Translations under genes and position numbers: made by a program
Shown: piece by piece, positions 1-5,701 of the stretch
Layout: each line of letters begins with the position of its first letter
How positions within the stretch are numbered: the first letter of the stretch is position 1
Origin: an archaeon
GTDB taxonomy: Archaea > Asgardarchaeota > Thorarchaeia > Thorarchaeales > Thorarchaeaceae
Direction: 5' to 3'
Assembly (NCBI GenBank): GCA_024275415.1
Contig: JAJRZD010000094.1
Coordinates: 1 to 5,728, forward strand
Length of the DNA stretch: 5,728 nucleotides
The notes under the pieces: generated by a model
Seen by the model: the letters and a program-made list of their open reading frames with translations, nothing else
The model's database searches: none
What the model was told of the DNA's origin: nothing

Positions 1-1
1 C

Positions 2-298
2 CTTAATGGGGGAATCATCTCAACGATAATAGACTGCCATGGAACTGGAACTGCAAATGCATACCATCACGAGGTTGGGGAACTGGAAACCCACTCTATG
101 CATGTGACAGCGAGCCTGACCATCCGATTCTTGAAGCCCACTCCGCTTGGTCACCCTGTCACGCTTCGTGCAAGGATCCGTGAAACCGACGGACGGAAGA
201 CGATAGTCGATTGTGACCTCTATGCTGGTGACGAGAAATGTGTCGTCGGGCAGATAGTGACCGTGAAAGTGGATGTTCAGGCATTCCTCGACCGATGA
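2..298 (+). CDS. PaaI-family hotdog-fold thioesterase, 5'-truncated by the window edge
   Basis: The frame of ORF 98..298 stays open back to base 2: LNGGIISTIIDCHGTGTANAYHHEVGELETHS-MHVTASLTIRFLKPTP... 'NGGIISTIIDC' matches the hotdog HGG-x5-D helix, and 'VTASLTIRFLKPTPLG..VTLRARI...GRKTIV' matches the following strands. TGA stop at 296-298. The track's ATG at 98 is internal. Confidence 0.9.
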   Translation, partial: LNGGIISTIIDCHGTGTANAYHHEVGELETHSMHVTASLTIRFLKPTPLGHPVTLRARIRETDGRKTIVDCDLYAGDEKCVVGQIVTVKVDVQAFLDR

Positions 299-310
299 GA
301 GGATGGCACT

Positions 311-406
311 ATGACTGTTCCTTTTGGATGGATATCGTCCACAATGGAAACACTTGATAGTCTACTTATTGCAGATGATAGAGCAGGAGATTCTATTGCA
401 CGATGA
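311..406 (+). CDS. Possible 31-aa small ORF (MTVPFGWISSTMETLDSLLIADDRAGDSIAR)
   Basis: ATG at 311, TGA at 404-406 overlapping the radical SAM ATG (ATGA at 403-406). A weak SD-like GAGGATG lies at 299-305. No recognisable homology. Confidence 0.3.
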   Translation: MTVPFGWISSTMETLDSLLIADDRAGDSIAR

Positions 407-1734
407 AGGGATTGTGTCCGGCATGTGGACGACTTGTCGAGGCAGAGGAGGTCACTGATGCTGGTCATGTGGTACTTGTCAAGAGGTGTCCCGAGCACGG
501 CGAGTCACGTATGCTCCTCTCTGCTGATGCCACATACTGGAACTGGTCTTTGAGGTACAATCGACCCGGCACAGCTCCCTTCAAGTGGTCTAGTGAGGTA
601 AAGGATGGTTGTCCTAACGACTGTGGCATCTGCCCATCCCATAAGCAGCATTCTTGCGTCTGCATTATTGAAATCACTGAATCCTGTAATTTACGTTGTC
701 CGATTTGTTTTGCAGACACTCCTTCTGGTGGTCATCTACCACTTGAACAGGTCACGTCAATGATTGATGCTTTTGTTTCTTACGAAACTAACCCCGAGAT
801 CCTTCAGATTAGTGGCGGCGAACCCACAACCCATCCTGACATCATCGACATAATCAAGTATGCCAAAGGATTCGGGATTGAGGACGTGGTTGTTTCCACA
901 AATGGACTGAAACTGTCAGATGAAGATTTCATGAACGAGTTCTCAAAAGAGGATCCTGTGGTCTATCTCCAGTTTGACACCTTCGATCCAGCTATTTCAC
1001 AGCGCATCCGCGGCCATGACCTAGTTGAGAAAAAGATGCAGGCAGTAGACGCTTGCAATGAGCATGGAATCACGGTGGTTCTTGTGCCTACCCTCGTGAG
1101 AGGGCTGAACGACCATGAGATTGGACGCATCATAGAATACGGCATCCATCAACAAAGGGTATTCGGGGTCAACTTTCAGCCTCTCGCAATGACTGGTAGA
1201 GTTGGACTCCCAGGTGCTGAGTCGCTGACAATCGACGAGGTTCTGCGGAAGATCGAGGAGCAGACCTCTGGGATTCATAAGGCAAGAGATTTCCGCCCCA
1301 TTCCCTGTCCACATCCTCATTGCACTGCGATAAGCTATGTGCTTGTTGATGGGGACGAGGTAGTGCCACTGACCGAGATCGTGAATGTCGATGATTACAT
1401 TGACTATGCAAAGGATCGCACGCTCGTCAGCAAGTCGACTCTCTTGGATAACACCTTCGATTCGCTATTCTCGACGAGTGCCATCCCTGGCACTGAAAGA
1501 ACCATCTCTGCATTCTGTGAGGCATGTGGCATTAGTGTTCCTGAGTTCCTTGGCAAGTCTGTCAAGACAATCTCCGTGCATGCCTTCATGGATGTCGGGA
1601 AATACCAGATTGAAAGAGTTCAGAAATGTTGTATACATTTGATTCAACCAGATGGGAAGATGATTCCTTTCTGTAATTACAACATGTTCCATAGGCACAA
1701 GTCAGGTGATATCTTTGAGAAACCCACGAATTGA
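403..1734 (+). CDS. Tes/GDGT-MAS/Mss-like (COG1964) radical SAM enzyme with N-terminal metal site and two auxiliary Fe-S sites
   Basis: 443 aa with 19 Cys. N-terminal C5xxC8...C29PEH32 site; C70xxxC74xxC77xxH80; radical SAM C95xxxC99xxC102; SGGEPT and STNG motifs; YLQFD; VVLVPTLVRGLNDHEIG; GVNFQP..MTGR; C-terminal FMD...C409C410IH...DG.MIPFC424.YN. This motif order matches MJ0619/Tes as I remember it. Confidence 0.92.
   Translation: MKGLCPACGRLVEAEEVTDAGHVVLVKRCPEHGESRMLLSADATYWNWSLRYNRPGTAPFKWSSEVKDGCPNDCGICPSHKQHSCVCIIEITESCNLRCPICFADTPSGGHLPLEQVTSMIDAFVSYETNPEILQISGGEPTTHPDIIDIIKYAKGFGIEDVVVSTNGLKLSDEDFMNEFSKEDPVVYLQFDTFDPAISQRIRGHDLVEKKMQAVDACNEHGITVVLVPTLVRGLNDHEIGRIIEYGIHQQRVFGVNFQPLAMTGRVGLPGAESLTIDEVLRKIEEQTSGIHKARDFRPIPCPHPHCTAISYVLVDGDEVVPLTEIVNVDDYIDYAKDRTLVSKSTLLDNTFDSLFSTSAIPGTERTISAFCEACGISVPEFLGKSVKTISVHAFMDVGKYQIERVQKCCIHLIQPDGKMIPFCNYNMFHRHKSGDIFEKPTN
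1704..1710 (+). promoter_or_regulatory. Shine-Dalgarno site AGGTGAT for the methyltransferase
   Basis: AGGTGAT matches the 16S 3' anti-SD (AUCACCU). An in-frame TTG sits 4 nt downstream at 1715-1717, inside the 3' end of the radical SAM gene. Confidence 0.55.
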
Positions 1735-2515
1735 CAGCGAGTATTTAGGACGTTGTTGCGCAGATGTTTATACTCATCCTGTGGTCACAAAGCTCCTTGA
1801 TGGTATTTTTCACCCTGGTGGATTGGCTCTGAGCAACTTGATGGCCGAGAAGATGAGGATTGATTCCGGTTCGAAGGTCTTGGACATTGCATGTGGTGAT
1901 GGACTGACTGCGACTTTTCTTGCAAAGAAGTTCTCGTGTCATGTTTCCGGTATAGACGCCGGCTCATCGATGATAGACCGCGCCATCACGCGCGCTCAAG
2001 AGGCTGGTGTTGGATACGCGACGGATTTCAGGGTCGGCTACGCGACAAACATCCCATTTCCAGACGCTCATTTCGACGCTGCGTATAGTGAATGTGCTGT
2101 GTGTACGTTCAATGACAAGAACCATTCAGTCCAAGAAACCATCAGGGTTCTGAGAGTTGGAGGTACTTTAGGAGTGAATGATATTATCATCCGCGACTTT
2201 GAAGATCTGGATGAAGAACTCAAAGGCATTCTGGGTCAAGTCCTATGCATCGCGGGAGCCCTCTCTCCGGATGGATACATAACCCTTTTTGAACAGGGGG
2301 GCTTCTCGTTGAAAGAAACATCTTCGCATACTGACGTTCTGAAGCAGATGGTGGACAAGGCATCAAATAGAGTACGTATGCTAACAGCTCTTGATGAGTC
2401 CTTTTTAGAAACAGCGTCCATAGATGATGTTTCGAGAATTATCCGGAACATCAAGGATCAGATTCATACTGGGAATATAGGCTATGCGATGTTCATATTC
2501 GAGAAATCAGTGTGA
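1706..2515 (+). CDS. Class I SAM-dependent methyltransferase, ArsM-related (Cys-rich, CC/HPGG type); start GTG 1706 or TTG 1715
   Basis: Motif I VLDIACGDG, acidic GIDAG, post-II FDAAYSECAVC, RVLRVGG and LCIAGAL...Y..LFEQGGF. The last three echo ArsM 'SNCVIN...RVLKPGG...GCIAGAL..Y...L..AGF'. It has an N-terminal RCC..VY and an HPGG motif in place of ArsM GCGNP. It overlaps the end of the radical SAM gene. Confidence 0.9.
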   Translation: MISLRNPRIDSEYLGRCCADVYTHPVVTKLLDGIFHPGGLALSNLMAEKMRIDSGSKVLDIACGDGLTATFLAKKFSCHVSGIDAGSSMIDRAITRAQEAGVGYATDFRVGYATNIPFPDAHFDAAYSECAVCTFNDKNHSVQETIRVLRVGGTLGVNDIIIRDFEDLDEELKGILGQVLCIAGALSPDGYITLFEQGGFSLKETSSHTDVLKQMVDKASNRVRMLTALDESFLETASIDDVSRIIRNIKDQIHTGNIGYAMFIFEKSV

Positions 2516-3169
2516 CTTTCCTTGATAGAGATCCTCATAGAAAAGTCCTGAGTAGAGCAACTTCCGATGGACTGGTCTGAACATCGATGCTGCTATGCCA
2601 CTCACATCGACTGAATATGTTTCATCATTCCCTCCCAGCTGCTTTGATAGCCATATAGCCATTGGATTGAAGACCGAAAGTAGCCCAGTGAACTTCTGGC
2701 AGTCTAGCAGCATAAGGTATCCCTGTGGCTTGAGCACCTTAGATATCTCTTCCAGTACAAGAGGTGAATCAGGTATTATTGATAGAGAGTAAGTCGAGAT
2801 AATCAGGTCAAAGTTTTCTGTAATGTGTTCGGAAAGATGCCTAGCATCACCAAGGATGAGTTCTATATTTCTCCATCCTCCATCCCTGACCCTCTTCCTT
2901 GCTCTCAAGAGCATCTCAGGAGTATAATCGATGCCGATGATTTTGGAATAGCTTGGATACTTCTCAATCAGGTACGGCAAATTCACACCCGTTCCAACAG
3001 CGACATCAAGGATCCTAGGTGAGCTTAGTTCAGGTAGCCTTGCGAAGGCATTCTCCCGCCATTTCTTGAGATTGACGCCCAGCGCCTTGTAAGCCTTGAG
3101 GATCATGTCGTATTTCCTTGCAGTCACGCTATACACATCTCTAATACTTTCTCCCAGAGTCGAGTCCAT
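2507..3169 (-). CDS. Class I SAM-dependent methyltransferase, PmtA/UbiE(MenG)-like
   Basis: Y..TA.KYD N-terminal motif, ILDVAVGTGVNL motif I, GIDYTPEML, GDA, FDLIISTYSLSIIPD, VLKPQG. I prefer ATG 3169 (MDSTLG..., 220 aa) over GTG 3199 because AAGGAAGGT lies 9 nt upstream of it. Confidence 0.88.
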   Translation of the reverse strand: MDSTLGESIRDVYSVTARKYDMILKAYKALGVNLKKWRENAFARLPELSSPRILDVAVGTGVNLPYLIEKYPSYSKIIGIDYTPEMLLRARKRVRDGGWRNIELILGDARHLSEHITENFDLIISTYSLSIIPDSPLVLEEISKVLKPQGYLMLLDCQKFTGLLSVFNPMAIWLSKQLGGNDETYSVDVSGIAASMFRPVHRKLLYSGLFYEDLYQGKSH

Positions 3170-3178
3170 CTCAAACAA

Positions 3179-3187
3179 ACCTTCCTT
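3179..3187 (-). promoter_or_regulatory. SD-like AAGGAAGGT upstream of ATG 3169
   Basis: Purine-rich SD-like run 9 nt before the ATG, overlapping the TAA of the upstream gene. Confidence 0.35.
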
Positions 3188-3902
3188 ATTTCTTAACACT
3201 GGAACTAAAGCAGTATATCACACCAAATTGATGGAGAAAGCGCATCGTTTCTGCCAGCAGGCTCTCATCCTTTGTTTTGATGTTTGGGTCTGCTAGAATC
3301 TCGGATGGTTTCTTTTTCTCAGCAAGGCTATCGCATAACTCCTCAAGATCCTTCATGGGCATCTTAATGACCGCCGCAAGGGGTGACAGCATGAGGTAGT
3401 GCTCGAAAAGATTTTTTCCTGTCCATCGTGCATTCTTATATTCAGCAAGCTGGAATGAGTGCTCCTCATCCCACGCGAACACATCATTCTGTTCTGCGAA
3501 AATAGTCCTAGCATTAGACCTGATTATCTCATCAACATCAGACACCAGCTCGCTTGTTCTCTCGTAGTAATCGGTAAGGTATCCCTTTCTCTCGATCAGG
3601 TCACCAATCGTCCGAAGCTCCTCCTTTGCTTTCACGTAGAACTCCTGATTTCCAATGTTTGTAAGCAGCACCACGATGCCGTTTGTTGTTCTAGCATAGA
3701 CCACATCGTATGCTCTGAAACCGATAGAATCCAAAGCGCCATCCTCCCCAATCCCAAGGCTCTGTCCTACATTATCTAATGCTGAAAGCAACCCTCCGAA
3801 GAGTGCATCATCAATCTCTATCTGTCCAGTTCCCACATGTCCTAGAGGAAGACCACTTTCGTGAATGACAAGGATTTCCCTCACATGTTTCTTTGGTTCC
3901 AT
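3186..3902 (-). CDS. Longin/roadblock-like N-terminal domain fused to a probable C-terminal winged helix (Asgard-type)
   Basis: The N-terminal ~100 aa 'REILVIHESGLPL...IDDALFGGLLSALDNVGQSL...LDSIGFRAYDVVYARTTNGIVVLLTN...KEELRTIGDLIE' follow the longin beta-beta-alpha-beta-beta-beta-alpha pattern typical of Asgard proteins. The C-terminal 'LEELCDSL..KKKPSEIL......ESLLAETMRFLHQFGVIYC' looks like wHTH. The ATG directly follows the upstream TAG. Confidence 0.75.
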   Translation of the reverse strand: MEPKKHVREILVIHESGLPLGHVGTGQIEIDDALFGGLLSALDNVGQSLGIGEDGALDSIGFRAYDVVYARTTNGIVVLLTNIGNQEFYVKAKEELRTIGDLIERKGYLTDYYERTSELVSDVDEIIRSNARTIFAEQNDVFAWDEEHSFQLAEYKNARWTGKNLFEHYLMLSPLAAVIKMPMKDLEELCDSLAEKKKPSEILADPNIKTKDESLLAETMRFLHQFGVIYCFSSSVKK

Positions 3903-4910
3903 CTACGCGCCCTCCTTCACAGCAATGATCCAGTTGTCCCCAATGGTTTCTGCGGTCAGCTTGTGGCGTGAGAATATCTCGTGTATCTCGTCCCGCTTGA
4001 CCGGTTGTGGATATCCTTCTATGGTCTGCATGAGTATGTATGCGGGAGAACTGACACTTTCGCCTGGGGACAACGTGGGATCATTTGTTATGAGTTTCGC
4101 TCCAGGCTTCAGGCAGGACGAAACAATACGCACACGTTCTTCCAGCGAATCATGGGAGAATGCGAATAGCTCTTCCCCATAGAACAGATCTAACTGTTCC
4201 TCAATCTTTCTCCCAAGAATATCCGTGGTCAGTTTGCCTAGCACCTCATTTCCTGACAAGTGGCTTAGGATAGAGGTAAGAAGGGAAAGCCATCGGTAGT
4301 TCTGCATGAAAAGATGGATGCGCGCAGGGTCAAAGATTTCGTTGACCTGCTGCAATGCGTAGGGCAGTCCAACATCAGCGAATGCAGAAACTCCAATCTC
4401 TTTCGCGTTCTTTGGAGCAAAAGATCGTAAGAGGACACCTCTTCCCTTCTTTGTCATCGTACTACTGAATACAGACTCCAGCACAATACGTGGTACGCTT
4501 TCCAACGCGACAGTCTGTCCTCTTAGTGCATCAGGTAGGAATTGGGCACAATCAAAGTAGAAATTGGTCAGAACTGTGCCGACATCCTCTGGTCTGATAG
4601 GTGTCGCTTTCAATTCTTTGATCGAATAGGTTTCGCCCTCCTGCCTCAGCACTCCATTTTTCACAAGAAGCGTAAGGATATTCTCAAGAAGTGGGATATT
4701 GGTGTAACTGAACTCATTTGCGACCTCTTGACATGTCCTTGGCTGGGACAGCGAGATTATCCACCCCTCGGATAGTATCGTATTGACAATAAGACGGAAT
4801 GCCATCTCCTCGGATTCCTTGTACTCTGCATAGGCTTTCCTTAGATCTGAATCGGTCAGGTATTTTCCGACCTTTTTCAGTCCGAATATACCTCCTTTGA
4901 ATCTCGCCAT
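3903..4910 (-). CDS. N-terminal wHTH plus degenerate class I methyltransferase-fold protein
   Basis: 335-aa ORF. 'QPRTCQEVANEF...LLENILTLLVKNGVLRQEGETYS' resembles the wHTH of O-methyltransferases. 'EQLDLFYGEELF...VSSCLKPGAKLITND' is the C-terminal half of the MTase fold. No GxGxG motif I is visible. Confidence 0.75.
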   Translation of the reverse strand: MARFKGGIFGLKKVGKYLTDSDLRKAYAEYKESEEMAFRLIVNTILSEGWIISLSQPRTCQEVANEFSYTNIPLLENILTLLVKNGVLRQEGETYSIKELKATPIRPEDVGTVLTNFYFDCAQFLPDALRGQTVALESVPRIVLESVFSSTMTKKGRGVLLRSFAPKNAKEIGVSAFADVGLPYALQQVNEIFDPARIHLFMQNYRWLSLLTSILSHLSGNEVLGKLTTDILGRKIEEQLDLFYGEELFAFSHDSLEERVRIVSSCLKPGAKLITNDPTLSPGESVSSPAYILMQTIEGYPQPVKRDEIHEIFSRHKLTAETIGDNWIIAVKEGA

Positions 4911-4919
4911 TCTTCTATC

Positions 4920-4927
4920 TCACTCCT
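4920..4927 (-). promoter_or_regulatory. SD-like AGGAGTGA containing the DUF547 stop codon
   Basis: The minus strand reads AGGAGTGA-gatagaaga-ATG(4910), a 9-nt spacer. Confidence 0.45.
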
Positions 4928-5642
4928 TCTCTTCGCTTGTGTTCAACGACCAGTCATAGTCGATGTAAGTGATCCTCAACGAATCTGTGTTCTCTAGGAT
5001 GTAGTTCTTCTGGCCATCTGGAAGATATTGTGCCACATATTCAGGAATAGATTTACCCGTAGCTTCAAAATCCTTCTTGTACCACTTGAAAATCATGCTG
5101 ACCGAGAGGGTGTTGCTTTCTTTATCCAAGACGACCCCCTGAGGTGATCTCAAATAGAGCTTGGATGCTTCTTCTAGCTCCTTATCGAGATTTTCAGAAC
5201 TGTATCGCCCATCCTTCAAGACCGGACACCCCAGCGACGAGCAGTTCAGCGCAAAGTGAATGCGCGGGTCTCTAAACCTCTTTCGAAGGTCGTTCTCGAT
5301 ATCCCTCAGTGTGACCTCTTTCCCACCAACATTGAACTTCTGGAGCGCAAAGAACCGCACTCGTTGGAACCAGCTCGCATTACCCTTTTCTGCAAATTTC
5401 GGATTGCTTTTCAGTTTCTTAATGACCCCATAGATTGAGAGGGCATTATAGCAATTGATCCAGAACGCCATCTCTTTCTCTTTCGAGTCCAATGTACTCA
5501 GGTCGAAGGTTGCCAGCGATTCTGCAAAGGAAGTGATTGATGTGTCCCCCACCATTGAGAGGTAATTCACATTGCCGCTTGGATCCCTATATCTGCTAAG
5601 AACACTCTTGAGGGTTGCGCTAATAGTATTATATTCACTCAT
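4920..5642 (-). CDS. DUF547 domain-containing protein
   Basis: Hallmark motifs G.VNY, AFWINCYNAL, VGG..VTL.DIE, DPRIHFALNCSSLGCP, LS.SMIFKWY..DF and YDWSLN. An in-frame TAG upstream fixes the start at ATG 5642. Confidence 0.93.
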   Translation of the reverse strand: MSEYNTISATLKSVLSRYRDPSGNVNYLSMVGDTSITSFAESLATFDLSTLDSKEKEMAFWINCYNALSIYGVIKKLKSNPKFAEKGNASWFQRVRFFALQKFNVGGKEVTLRDIENDLRKRFRDPRIHFALNCSSLGCPVLKDGRYSSENLDKELEEASKLYLRSPQGVVLDKESNTLSVSMIFKWYKKDFEATGKSIPEYVAQYLPDGQKNYILENTDSLRITYIDYDWSLNTSEEKE

Positions 5643-5694
5643 ATCTTGAGCATTCCCCTATGCATATTCGCTGTATCCCGCAATCCGTTGAAGC

Positions 5695-5700
5695 TATTTA
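5695..5700 (-). promoter_or_regulatory. Possible archaeal TATA box (TAAATA) for the minus-strand operon
   Basis: The minus strand reads gcTAAATAgc about 53 nt upstream of the DUF547 ATG. There is no clear purine-rich BRE. Confidence 0.25.
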
Positions 5701-5701
5701 G

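Noticed and set aside
296-298. Selenocysteine read-through of the thioesterase UGA
   Set aside because: The hotdog fold is already complete at the stop, the position is not a recognisable conserved Cys, and most genes here end in TGA. Only the ORF and hairpin observations are kept.
295-357. 20-aa ORF MRGWHYDCSFWMDIVHNGNT overlapping the thioesterase stop (ATGA)
   Set aside because: Very short, no SD or homology, and it competes with the 311..406 ORF for the same spacer. Likely chance.
403-1734. Calling the radical SAM gene tes (true tetraether synthase), moaA or pterin dimethyltransferase
   Set aside because: It is the same family as Tes but shorter, with apparent substitutions at key C-terminal residues, so function cannot be assigned. 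It lacks the MoaA CxxC-x13-C twitch and GGR tail. The pterin methylase label is the older annotation of MJ0619.
277-1967. Minus-strand and alternate-frame ORFs of 60-99 aa (277..498, 465..719, 963..1145, 1021..1320, 1169..1411, 1385..1642, 1404..1589, 1465..1698, 1745..1942, 1785..1967)
   Set aside because: Shadow ORFs over well-supported genes, with no motifs.
1706-2515. Assigning the symbol arsM
   Set aside because: The GCGNP motif is absent and no arsR/arsB/acr3/arsC lies in the window, so it is treated as ArsM-related only.
3170-3199. GTG 3199 start giving the extension MLRNKEGLFE on the second methyltransferase
   Set aside because: ATG 3169 has an SD-like site and avoids overlap with the upstream gene.
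2236-5438. Short ORFs 2236..2454, 2595..2792, 2825..3022, 3096..3296, 3459..3779, 3865..4182, 3981..4169, 4542..4775, 5256..5438
   Set aside because: Antisense shadows of genes with clear motifs, with no independent coding signal.
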